This document shows positions 51,690 through 64,000 of a stretch of 64,000 nucleotides of DNA, piece by piece. Below the pieces are notes generated by a model. The model did no database searches. It saw only the letters and a program-made list of their open reading frames with translations, and was not told where the DNA came from. How positions within the stretch are numbered: position 1 is the stretch's first letter; each line of letters begins with the position of its first letter. This DNA comes from Octopus sinensis. Its lineage: Eukaryota. Location: contig NC_043016.1 in NCBI RefSeq assembly GCF_006345805.1, positions 20,460,001 through 20,524,000 on the forward strand, in the 5' to 3' direction. Position numbers and translations under genes: made by a program.

Positions 51690-52900
51690 GGAAGGATCAA
51701 GAATAAAAGTTAGGGATGCTGAGAACAGGTGGGAATGCACCAAGAGTGACATAATGTGGAGCGACAGGTGGGTCAGGGACGCCTGAGTGGTGAGAATACA
51801 ATACAAGCTCTAAGCAGTAATAGATAAGCAGTAAAAGGAGACAGCATACCTGTTGGGCAGGGGCTAGAATGTGTCCATTAGTGAGGGTATGCCAATTAGT
51901 CAAATAACTTTTATTGGATGAGATCCAGGATGTCTTTGTGCATAACAGCAACACCATTTCAGATGTGGGAGCACTTCTCCATTGTGGTCCTCACTTAAGC
52001 CTTGTACAGTGTCAACAGCTGTTGCAGGCTGAAATATCTTCTGGCCCTAAAGAATAGGGTGAAGAGAGAACCTCAGTGTTAATGATCATTTCTATCAACT
52101 GTGAGGGCTGTAACTGGGTGCTGCTCATATTTAGTGAGATTGTGGCACAGTAATGTTTTCTGGATATGAGTAGTGTTTGAGTTTTTTTTTTTTTTTCACT
52201 GTTAAAAAAGACAGGTCAGCATGATTCCACTGGAGATTTTATAATATCCATTCATAGAACCATTGCAAGTTGGGTTTGTATAGATGATACATGGTTAAGG
52301 AAGGTCAGGAAGAAATGAAGGGTCATGCCATTTGCATAAGAGCGAGCGACATTGGCTGTATCAGCAAGTAGGTCATTGATATATAGAACAGAAAGTTGGA
52401 CGAATGTGTACTCTGGGGAACATCAGTTGTCTGAGAATGGAGCAGAAAGAGTTCCATCAAAACATGCCATAATGGTACAATTTGATAGGAAGCTACCACT
52501 CTAAGAGATAAAAGATGGGTGAAGCTCATAGGCAGGAAGTTTTAATAAGAGATATGAATGTCAGACATGGTCAAAGGACTTGCTGATGTTTACAGCAAAA
52601 ACATTGCTTTTGCCAAACTTTTCTACTGGTAAGTAGTAGGATAACTAGTAGATCTGGCTCTGTAGAAGCTGTACTGGTGGTCATCGAAGAAAGAGAAACA
52701 TTTAAGGTGATTAAAGAACATTATTGTTTATGGCTATCACCATTAAGTTGGATATGTTAGAATGGAGAACAATAGTGTTGGCTAGGTCAGAGAAGTTGAT
52801 TCATTAGGAATGGGACATGCTGAAGTATGCTTCCAAATGTCCAAGTATGTCCAACTTTAATTTTTATTTGTTAGGTGACTTTAGGCTTAGGGCCAGAAGG
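51690..52900 (-). mobile_element. Degraded CR1/L2-group LINE RT fragment
   Basis: Minus-strand remnants resembling DHQY.F..ARST and LYKA.VRP.ME.CSHIW. Confidence 0.6.
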
Positions 52901-52949
52901 AACCAGATATGCAATCTAATATGGAAAAGGAGGCTATGGAAGCTCAAGG

Positions 52950-54963
52950 ATCTTTCAAACAGGCAGGGATTTAGAGGTGTTCTTAATGAAGCCTTTGATG
53001 AGAAGGAAGAGATAAAGACATATGGAAGTTCCTACAGGACAATCTACTGAGGGCGACAGACCAAATCTGTGGTTGGAGCAAAGCTTCTGCCAGATCAAGG
53101 GTGACATGTTAATGGAACAGTGATGTTTACAGGGTCATAAAAGAGAAGATACAGGTCTGGAAAGAATGGAAAAGAGGCAGGTACCAAAGGACCATACTAG
53201 AAAGTTAAAAGGGAAGTTAGACGTCAGGTTTATCTAGCCAGGGGAGAAGCAGAAAAGAAGAAGTTTGCCAATGTCCTATAGCATGAAGATCAGAGACTTG
53301 AAGTGTTCCTGATTGCTTGATAGTGTGTCAGAGAGAATCAAGATAGTGTGTGCAGATAATGGTATAATGGTATGCTTGCACTTGCAGACAAGAAAGAGGT
53401 GTGGATGAGTTACTATGCAAGACTGTTGAATGTGAAGAATAAATGGGATAAAGGGAATCTCCCTCATGTGAACCCAACAGAAGGACCAGCTATACTAGTG
53501 GACAGCAGTATGGTAGATAAAATAATTTAAGACATGAAAACAGGAAAGTCCCTGGTCCATCTGGAATCATTGCTGAGATGCTTAAAATATCTGATTAGGT
53601 AGGATGTAGGCCAGTCACCTGCATAGTTAATCAGAACATTCAGGAAGGTGTAATATCCAGTAATTGGCTTAGTAGCATTATTGTTAGCTGTTACAAGGGT
53701 AAGGGAGATGCTTTAGATAGAAGCAATTACAGAGGCATCAAACCCATGGACTAGATAATGTAAATTACAGAGAAAGTTATAGCCCAATTAATTAGGAGCA
53801 GAATTAGGCTAGACGAAATACAGTTTGGCTTTGTCCTGGAAGTACAACTATTTTCATAGTCAGGCAACTGCAAGAGAAGTACTCAGCTAAGAATAAACCA
53901 TTATACTTGGCATTCGTTGATCTAAAGAAAGCCTTCAGTAGAGTACCCCCACTGTGTGATATGGTGAGCTCTGAGGGGGCTAGAGGTAGATGAGTAGCTT
54001 GTGAAAGCTGTACAGGCCATGTACAAAGATAACTGTCAGAAAGGAGAGAGTTAACCACAAATACAGCAAAAAATTCAGTTTACAGGTAGGTTTCATCTAA
54101 GCTCTGTCCACACTCTCCTCTTTTTCATCATTGTCCTCCAGGCCAAAAAAAGAGGAATTCAAGACCGGCAACCTTTGGGAACTACTATATGCTGATGATC
54201 TTGCTCTCATAACAAATTCCGTATCAGAGCTAGAAAAGAAATTCCAGGTGTGGAAGCAAAACCTGGAATCTAAGGGCTTTAAGGTTAACTTAGCAAAAAC
54301 TAAGGTAAGCAAGAAAATAGGCTGGACTTTATCCCCTTCAGGTAGGTGGCCTTGCTTGATTTGTAGGAAAGATGTAGGCAGGAACTCCATATGGTGTACC
54401 CTGTGTAAGCTATGGACACACAAGAGGTGCAGTGGAATAATAGAAAGGTTATCAGAGAAAGTAGTGTTCATATGTGGAAGATGCACAGGATTCATAAAAA
54501 CTAAAATACTTGGGAAATTCATTCTCTCAAATGCCCTGATGGCTCATTAGAGGTAGTGGAGGAGGATGTACAGAGTGTAATAGCTACAATAATAGGATAG
54601 AGGAAACTCAGAGAGCTGTTACTGCTGTTGGTTATGAAAAGTTTCTCTGAGGGAAAGGAAGATTGTATGGTGCATGTATATAGACAGCAATTGTACATGG
54701 TAGTGAGACACGGGCCCTGAATGCAAGGGACATGCAAAGGTTAGAGACCCATATTCCATAGCAGAAGTTTTAAGACTGCTCCCCCTGGTGAAGAGGATTG
54801 CAAGAGCCATGTGGAAGTGCCCCCAGCACACTGTAAAGTGGTTGGCATTAGGAAGGGCTTCCAGCTGTGGAAACCATGCCAAATCAGTCTGGATCCTGGT
54901 ACAGTTCTGGTCAAATCATCTAACCTATGCTAGCATGGAAAATAGACATTAAATGATAATGAT
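52950..54963 (+). mobile_element. Degraded RTE LINE ORF2 (RT + Cys/His finger) ending in the family-B-type tail
   Basis: LYLAFVDLKKAF; WELLYADDLAL; VNLAKTK; tail ...gcatggaaaatagacattaaa(tga)n. Confidence 0.9.
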
Positions 54964-56016
54964 GGTTTCAGAGCTGCTGTTCTTTGTGTTTCCTGCCATG
55001 ATGCAGGTTCATCTAGTATCTGATAAAAATTTGTCTAGAAGTCTTTTGAAGATCTCCACATCTACACCTTGCAAATCTCTGAGTCTGTTTGACAGAAAGC
55101 TGAATAGTTGTGGACCGTTGAAACCCAGGCTTTTACAGTACTGGGTCCTTATTCTAGAAAGAAGCTTTGATACTCTGCAGTGCCATCCAGTTCAATGGTT
55201 GGTATAGCTTTCAATTCTGAAGTTGGGGGCTAAACTTTCCAGGATCTACCATAAGTCTATCATTGCATATATTTCACACCTCTCTAGGGAATAGAACTTC
55301 AGTTCCTTTAGCCTCTCAGAGTAGCTCATCTCTTGCACCAAGTTGATCTTCTTTGTGTAGTGGCACTGGATTGCCTTCAGTCCTGCCACCTATTTGATGC
55401 TCTGTAAGGACCACAGTTAGGCACAGTAATTCAGATGACTGAAAATGTAAGTTCTCCATAAGATAGTATGGTATCCTTTTCCTTGGTTCTAAATGTCGGT
55501 TCTCAGTCCAACTAATCACTTGCCTGTACAGTGTTGCCATCTTGGTAATATGCACATGGAATGTTGCACCATTACTTGTATGGATTTGTATTATTTCGAG
55601 ATTTTGGCCATAAGCTATTTCATTCACTGTCAGTCAAATCCAATGACAGGAAGTGTTATGTAGACAACCAGAATGAGATGAATGAGCACAGCTATTTTGA
55701 TTATGCTGGTGAGTTGGCAAAGCTGACAGGACATCCAGTAAGTTCTGGTGGTGGCTTTTTTGGCACATGTACAGAGAGGCAGAGAGACATTACAATTTAT
55801 TAATTGAATATGACTGACAAACATTTTCCCTCTCCTCATACACATAAAAAAGAAATATGATCTTACACAAAACAGAGAGAATGAGAGAAACATGAAAATG
55901 TATTAAATTCCTCCAAATGCTATAATCATGTCCTCTCTTCATATATACATAAAGAAAACACACAAACAAAAACAGTGAGAGATGTAGCAATTGAGGTCAT
56001 TCAATACATCTTGATG

Positions 56017-56975
56017 TACGAGGAGGTGCCCAAAGAAACCAGAATCTTGCAGTATTATTTTATTCACTTAGTTTTACATGTTTACACTTTAATTGCTTTC
56101 AAAGTATTCTCCATTTCAAGCAATGCATCAGTCCAGGCATGTTTTCCACTATCTCAAGCAGTGATGGAACTCTTGCAAAGTGGTACCTTTTAACACCTCC
56201 ATCGTTTTTGTTGTTGTTTGTTCCTTCTTGAGTCATGCCTGGCTCATAAGGGCCGGTTTCCTGGTGTATAGGTTTCCCACACGGACGAGACGCCAGTCCG
56301 TCGCAGGAGGAAAGAGTGAGAGAAAGTTGTGGCAAAAGAGTCAGCAGAAGTTTCGCCATTACCTTCTGCCGGAGTCGTGTGGAGCTTAGGTGTTTCGCTC
56401 ACAAACAGACACATCATCCGGTCTGAGATTCGAACCCACAATCCCTTGACCGCGAGTGCTGCTCTAACCATTAGGCCATGTGCCTCCACCCATCGTTTTT
56501 GCCTTCACCTCTTCCACATCTGCAAAACGTTTTTCATTTGAGGACTTTTTTTCATTGGGTTGAAGCAAAAAAGGTCCAGATCAACTTACAACTGTTCTTT
56601 CAGTTCACGACATGCATTCAGTCATGACTGCTTTGATCTTCCATAAGTAAGTGAGGCATAAATTTTGTTGCAACTCTTTGCATTCACAATTCCTTGGCAA
56701 GAGCTCCGGGACACACCAGTCATATCAACAAGTTTGTCAATTGTTTGGAGACAGTCTTCCAAGGTCAGTTCATGATGTTTTCTTTTGTTTAGAAGGTTGA
56801 CAGTTGTCCTGAACAAGGTTGTTATTCAAATGACAAGTGACCATTCCTAAAGCATGAAAACCACTCATAAACTTGTTTTGCTCATGGCAGCATACTTGTA
56901 AGCTGTTTGAAGCATGACAACTGTTTTGAGTGCTGTTTTCCCTAGCAGAAAACAGAATTTCATGGGAGCATGCTG
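56017..56975 (-). mobile_element. Mariner remnant (family of 34115) carrying a family-D-related SINE (56211-56489, -)
   Basis: Reverse-complement similarity to 34300-34730; SINE TSD CCATCGTTTTTG at 56199 and 56490. Confidence 0.8.
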
Positions 56976-56984
56976 TTCCTGGAA

Positions 56985-57760
56985 AACCTTATATTGAACT
57001 AATCCTGAAAGTCAACAATCAACCTCTGCAAGCTGTAGAGATTCACCTACTTGGGAATATACTGTCAAGCAGTGTTCACATTGATGATGAAGTGAATGCA
57101 GATAGCAAAAGCCAGTTTTGCCTTTGGATGCCTTCATTACAAGGTTTGGCAAAAGCCTGGTGTATACACAAATCTTGATGTATACAAAGCTGTTAGGACT
57201 ACACTACTTTATGAATTTGAAATCTGGACAGTTGAACAAAAAACTTTCACATTCACCAAACCTCCTGTGAAAAATTTTCAACATCAAGTGGAAGGAGGAA
57301 ATTCCTAATAGAACTGTACTAGAGAGAGCTAATATATCAAGCATGTTTACTTTCCTAAGTAAATTCCAGCTGCAGTGAAGTGGACATGTAGTATATATGT
57401 CCAACACCAGACTCCCTAAATAGATTCTCTTGGTTGAAAAAGCAATGGATCTCAGTCATGAAGAAAAGATAGACACTCTCAAGATGACTTTGAAAACGTG
57501 TAACTTAAGTTTACTTGAGAACATCTTGCTCATGATCATTCACTGTGACTCAGTCTGGTGTACTCAGGAGTAGAGCACTCAGAACCAGAAATGATAAAAA
57601 AAAACTAGAGGGCCAAATGGAAAGTAAGAATCCCACTATGTCCAGATTCTACTGTTATGTTCCTCCACTGTAAGAGTGGAATTTATGCCAATATCGGCCA
57701 AATAAGCCACTTCAGGACCCACAAAGAATAAAGCTGTTAATCTGCTCATCTTTAGGATAT
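56985..57760 (+). mobile_element. RTE (BovB-like) LINE 3' fragment
   Basis: IAKASFAFGCL..DVYKAVRTTLLYEFEIWTV; decayed C-terminal C2H2-like motif. Confidence 0.75.
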
Positions 57761-58312
57761 CACACACAAATGAACATATATATGATAGATTCCCCATTTT
57801 CTGTCTACCAAATACACTCACAAAACTTTGGTTGTCCCAGGGCTAATAGCAGAAAATATTTGCCTAAAGTGCCACACAGTGGGACTGAACCCAAAACCAC
57901 ATATCTGGGAAGCAAACTTTGCAGCCACAAAGCATACCTGTACCAAATATGTTGATCCATCATCACCACCTTCAACTTGTGTAATGTTCTGTTATTGGTG
58001 GAATCAATAAAAAAAGGACTCCATCTAGAGAGTAATAAACAGAGGAATTAAATGTGAACTTCTATAAATTTCAAGTTCTGATAGTACAATAGTTGGATGA
58101 GCCTGTATAGTGTGCCATGTACTATTGTGCAATCTTTGGGCTCAAAATACATGACTGCTTTTTGAGAAACAAATGTATGGATGGAAGGGGTTTGTGCTTA
58201 TTTGGTCCATTAGAATGGGAATTAACAATGGTTGGTGTGAATAATTTGATGGGGAAAGGTTCAAGCTTCTGAATGTATGTGCCTCTAATTTTCTTCAAGG
58301 CAACTACTTAAA

Positions 58313-58457
58313 TATTAGGTTGTCCCAAAAGTTTGTAAACACTTGCGAAAATTGAATTTTTACTCGCCAAGTACTAACAAAAACAACAAGAATTATTCCT
58401 CAAAATAAAGACCATTATTTTCCAAGACTTTCTACGAACTTTTGGGACAACCTTGTA
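58313..58457. mobile_element. Tc1/mariner-derived MITE
   Basis: TIR aggttgtcccaaaagtt / aacttttgggacaacct, TA-flanked. Confidence 0.8.
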
Positions 58458-59382
58458 CATGCAAAAATTGCTAGTTTTCTTATACCATAAATTCAAAATA
58501 TAGCTTTTTTTTTTCTCAACTCCTTGCAATGCAAATTGGCAGCTGCACTTTATTCATATTCACTTGAATATTGCACTTACATGTACATGCATTTTCACTA
58601 TTCAGATGCATTTGAATATGCACTTGTATTCACATATACTACAGTTCAGATTCTCTCTCCTGGTACCTACTATGCAACACATCCAATTTTTAGGTACAAC
58701 ATTTGCATGCACTTTAAAACCTGCCACACTTATGTATCGATTTGTTCATTCTGCAACCAACTCTCTGATGGAGAAGTAATCTAGCAGGTCTCTGTCTCAA
58801 TTTGCACCTGGATTTTTTTCAATTGCTTTAGTAAACAATAAAACAAGATCTTTCAAACTGAGTGGCGATGTGATGAAAAATCTACCTCATGATACCCAAA
58901 TTCTTTGCTATCAGCAAAAATTCTAATGAATTCATAATTGTATCAGTTAAGCTAAGCTAAACAATGCATATAAAAGAGTAGCAAACAACAAGCAGTATAT
59001 CAGATAATCAGTTGTTTTGGTCAGCACGAACATTCTGCAATGCCTAATGATCAAACTGCTACCAACATAAAATCAACCATGGCAAAGGGACACAGTCATA
59101 CTTATTCATTCACCCTCTCTCTTTACCTATCTTTCATCTACACTCACGTACAGTGTTTAACTAAATTACTAAGATGAGTACACACAGGCCACAATGTTAG
59201 TGCTATTTTACTAACCGCATATTTTTATTTTTGACTATTAACAATGAAACAGCTACTGAACTTAAGAGACAAACAACTCTTAATTTTCTTTGGTCTCTTT
59301 CACAGTAGTACAATTAATCTATTTGCAAATTATGATACAATATATATTATATATATATATATATATACCATCATAATTATTA

Positions 59383-59545
59383 TCATCGTCATTTAACGTC
59401 CACTTTCCATGCTGGCATGGGTTAGACAGTTTGACTGAGGGCTGGCAAGCCAGAAGGCTGCACCAAGCTCCAATCTGATCTGGCAAAGATTCTACAACTG
59501 GATGCCCTTCCTAACACCAACCACTCCAAGAGTGTAGTGAGTGCT
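59383..59545 (-). mobile_element. SINE family B, truncated
   Basis: Tail and core. Confidence 0.8.
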
Positions 59546-61872
59546 ATATTCAGAGAAAATAATTCACAAAAAAAAAAAGAAAAGAAAAAATTCCAGGGAA
59601 AATAATTTGCAAAGATATCATTGACACTATTATTATCTAGTGTAACAATTTAAAAGTGATAATAACAAAATCAATAATACAGGTGATTGCAGGTCAAAAA
59701 AAAAAAAGTATTAAATAGCTTAAGGATTAAAATTAATCAAAGGACATATTAAGTATGTCTATCTGCTGGAAATAACAGTCAAAACTCTTATTTAAATCAC
59801 TAAAATACATTGATAACTACAGAAGGCAAGCGGGCTAAGACAATTACTGTTCCACAATGCAACTTTCCTACTTCTTCAACAAGTCTAATCCTTTTGATAC
59901 CAACCCACCTAAAATTGCCTCCGTTCCTATGAAATAAACTCCTTTAAAGTGATCCAAATAAAAATTTGCCATCAAAATTTCATGAAAAGTTGTTCCAACA
60001 CTAGCTTAATGATGACGAAGTTAATTAACTAAATTCTTCATTATTTTCAAAATTAATTGAAACAAATGTAGTGTGTATCAATAGAAATATGGTAATAAAA
60101 GGATTAAAGAAAATATTTAAAATAAAAAAAAAGAAACATTCAAAGACAAATTTAAAAAAGGATTTGTAAAGATTTTCAATGTTTCTTGGTAATTTGAAAG
60201 ACAAGTCAAACACATTAACTATCATGTAAACTTTAATATTTATGAAATTACATCATAATACATTTGCTGTACTGAAGATTAGAGATGATTGGCAACTTGA
60301 GTAAATGTTCAGAAATACAGTAAGATTAGATAATCAGATTTCAAGAACTTTCAAGCAAATAGCTTACCTTTTTATATGCAGTATTTTCATAATTTGACTT
60401 TAAAAAAAAAAACGTTTTTATTCTCAAAATCATGAACTGGTATTAAAAGCTTAGGAATGGAATTAATAAATTTTCTTGTCGATAACAGTACCTATAGTCA
60501 TATTTTAAGTACTATCTTAATCTTCTTTTTAATTAGTAAAATACCACGAGTTAATCTTAAAAGCTTGACGATGTTGTAGTACTTCCGATGAACATCATAA
60601 GGAATTGTTGTAGAAAAACAAACCAATATTTGAAATAGGAATAGAACTTAGTAAAGTAAACAAACACAGTACAATTCCAAGTCCATTCACATATTTACTA
60701 TTTTACATCTATTTTTCCATGTCTGTGCATTCCTAGCACTATGAATTGTGTGGGACCTCTATTCTTCAATAAGCTCAAGATAGATTAGTGTAACCAAGTT
60801 ATATAGTTCGAGTAATATTTTAAAGTGTAAATTTGATTCTTGCATAAAAGTACTAATTTTAATTTTTTCCTTGTTTGTGCTGTAACAATAATTTTTTATG
60901 TTTTGGAGAACAGCTACTTCTATTTAGATACAAATATATAATAGGGATTCTCCATTCTATCATTAGAAAAGAAAATGTATATGTTGGATCAATATAAATT
61001 TAATTCAGATAAATTTTAAGATGGATGACAATACAACTTCAGTGAGAAGACAGTATTATCTTCAAGGTTATTTATTATACTTGAAAATTATATAAATACA
61101 AAATGGGAGAAATGCTTCAAACAACATGCAATGAGATACCAGTTAGATGATGATACAATTTCAATAAGCTCAAAATAGTCAGCTTTCCTAAACCAAGGCC
61201 CAAAAACAACCTAAATAGCAGATAGCATTTTATAAACCAAAGTGAAAACATTAAACCAAATTCGAATACTTGATGATATATGGAATATGTGGGAAATAGT
61301 ACACTTAATTCAGAAAATTTCCAAATGATATCTGTTAACTGCAAGAATATTTTTATTGAAGCAAAATATGTCGTGTCTCCAATTCTATTTGAAACCTAAC
61401 TAGTGGATAAATATTTTGATTATTATTTTTAAATGTGGGGAAGTGACGACAATAACTACAATGAGATAATGATAAATACATATAATAAGTGAAAAATAAA
61501 ATTATGTGTATGGATTGTAGACAAGACATACATTTTCATTTATTTACCACGTACATACTTCTTGTACCATAACAGTATAAATTAGAGAGCTTTGTGAAAT
61601 GGCTTCTCTGTTTTTAAGATCTACAAATGGATAGTTTCTTTCCTATAGTCAAAGTGACATTACAATTTGGCTGAAATCTGAATAACATCTTGTTGGATAT
61701 CTGAACACTAAAACTGTCAACAGGAATAAAATAATTCAATTCTGTTAGTGTGTATTTACTTTCATACATGTGTATGTTTACTCACACACACACAAAGCAC
61801 CTAACTTATTACTCATTGTAATATCCAAGTTAACAAAAATATTAGCTCAAGTTAACAACCAGCTTCTCACTT

Positions 61873-62145
61873 TTATTCTCGTATCACCTGTATGCTGTCT
61901 TCTTGGATGTCTACCTGAGATGGGTAGACAGCATACAGAGAACTATCCTCATTCAGGACACGTACTTGCTGAACAATTAGCTTGTAATTCGGTTCTTTGT
62001 CACCAGAACTATGGTCACCTTCAAGCAGATCTCCAACTCCTAAATTGAGAATTTCCATCAACAAGGTATTCATTACACTTTTGCAAATTGGTAAACTTCG
62101 GGAGCTTGTCACTTCAACAAGAATTTCACTAGTTTCGGGAGAAAT
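61873..62145 (-). CDS. LRRC47: LRRC47 (leucine-rich repeat + PheRS-beta B3/4-like domain protein), last coding exon
   Basis: ISPETSEILVEVTSSRSLPICKSVMNTLL...LIVQQVRVLNEDSSLYAVYPSQVDI...* resembles the LRRC47 C-terminus (LEVTSATSLQICKDVM; VVEQVRV...VVYPS); acceptor tctttaag. Confidence 0.9.
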   Translation of the reverse strand: MSPETSEILVEVTSSRSLPICKSVMNTLLMEILNLGVGDLLEGDHSSGDKEPNYKLIVQQVRVLNEDSSLYAVYPSQVDIQEDSIQVIRE

Positions 62146-62965
62146 CTTAAAGACAAAAGACAATAAAAATAAGAAAAATGTGGAAATTTTACAGGTGAGT
62201 GTGTTACATAATAAGGCACAAAAAGAAAATGATTCTCCCCAGACACAATAGAATATGCTTCAACACACGAACTCACATAAAGAATCTTAAAAACCAAATC
62301 CAAAAATGAAAAATAATTTAAGTATTTTAAATATGCAGTCTTTTCGATATTTCAAAGAATACAAGAAAATGGCTGAATTTCGGTGATTATCAACAATAGA
62401 ATTATAGTGACATATTTTGATGAAATGAGCTTGAAAAGTATATATTCTTTTCCTTGCTCATAACTCAGGATTGATAGAAATATTTTTTTATAATAGATAG
62501 TTTGTAAATGTTTTCTAGATATTGTTATCCTTTCATATCTCCTTATTTCCCACAATTAAAAACATTAAGAACATTCAGCCATATAAATGATAAAACTTAA
62601 TACAAACTGGTGCTGCAACTTTGTTAATATATAGTCAAAAACAGAGCTGGGCACAAGTCTTTACATATACTCAATCTACACGATATAAGCAGTTATTTGG
62701 TGGAACTTTTGTTAAAAACTATACATTTTTCTGGAAGTTATGAGTCAACAAAGTTGGTGGGGTATTAAACTGTAGTTATGCCTTTTTTTTCAGTAAACGT
62801 TAATGGTAACAGATTAACATTAACTTCTGTTACATTTTGAAAAGATTAACAAAAGTTAACTTTTTGGTTAATAGATTAACAAAGTTAACTTTTTAATTAA
62901 CAGTGCCCACCTCTGGTAAAAAAATCTATTTATGATATGACATCCCATGACATCCTTCAAATCTA

Positions 62966-63136
<171 letters not shown>

Positions 63137-63902
63137 TTAATAGCTCAACGTTTATTAGCAGTTTTGTTTTAACATGTATCAATCTTGTGACATCACACCT
63201 GTGTAGCTTACAGTTTAATTTACATCTATATACTCCTTGTACTTTTGAACTTCTAATGTTGTCATTTACATGTAACATATATCACACACTCAAATTAGTT
63301 GTCCTCATTGTTCACTTCATTCAAGAGTCTCTGATGTTCTCCCTCTTCCCTAACATCCTTGTATTCATACTTTACATCACACATTCAATGGATCATATAG
63401 AAATAAATTCCATCCAGTACCAGATCCTTTGCTTTAGCAGCCTGTTTCACAAGCAAAGGGAGTTGAAATAACAATTCTCTTAAATAACGCCTCCTCTGTT
63501 GTACTTATCAATAATGTAACAATTTATTTCCTACTTTCAACAAGCCATTTGTACGGTCCAGAACCTTTAGTTTAAGTTAGGTCATGTAAATAAGCACTCT
63601 TGATTTTTCAGTGAGTCTGCGAGAGGTTACTAAAAAGAGAACTATTCTATGTAAACTCTAAAGGAAGAGAAGCTGCTGAAATTTGACAGGTTTACAGTCA
63701 AAAATGAACATTAAGGATTTGAAGGCAGGGAAAGTAGTTTGACTAACAGTATAGTTGATGAGATTCTGAAAATATCTGTTGAAATATGACCTACAGTCAC
63801 TTGCAACAACAATGGATCATTCCCAATGACTGGCATTACAGCATCATTCATTAAACTGCTATAACAATGCAAGAGATATTTTAATAAAAAGCAAGAGCTG
63901 TA

Positions 63903-64000
63903 GCTTGACTTGACTTGACTTGACACAGCATTCACCCGGGGTGGGTTGAGCTGGCTTTTTTCATCCTCAATGCTGCATCTCTCACAAATGCCAACCAGGC
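63903..64000 (-). mobile_element. RTE 3' end with (CAAGT)n tail in an LRRC47 intron
   Basis: gctcaacccaccccgggtgaatgc...(caagt)n, homologous to 9400-9447. Confidence 0.7.

Overview
AT-rich, repeat-dense eukaryotic (animal) DNA. The SINE families suggest a coleoid cephalopod, most likely Octopus (inference). The main gene is a complete six-coding-exon tRNA(His) guanylyltransferase (THG1L) on the + strand (22238-50474; 313 aa, or 263 aa from the conserved MAKSRFEYV start). Its candidate CpG-rich promoter and first non-coding exon lie near 13.3-13.9 kb. The last two coding exons of an LRRC47 orthologue lie on the - strand at the right end, convergent with THG1L. The rest is mostly decayed RTE/CR1 LINEs, a Penelope element, mariner/Tc1/hAT remnants, Gypsy remnants, several MITE families, four SINE families and microsatellites. 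The best leads are: an uninterrupted 148-aa, three-TM orphan ORF nested antisense in THG1L intron 5; a bipartite RTE element with a strongly structured 5' RNA motif; a Penelope minimal hammerhead ribozyme; dual starts plus uORFs in THG1L; a PHD finger inside RTE ORF2; and several long fold-backs. All family assignments come from recognising motifs by eye; no database search was run, and repeat boundaries without TSDs or TIRs are approximate.
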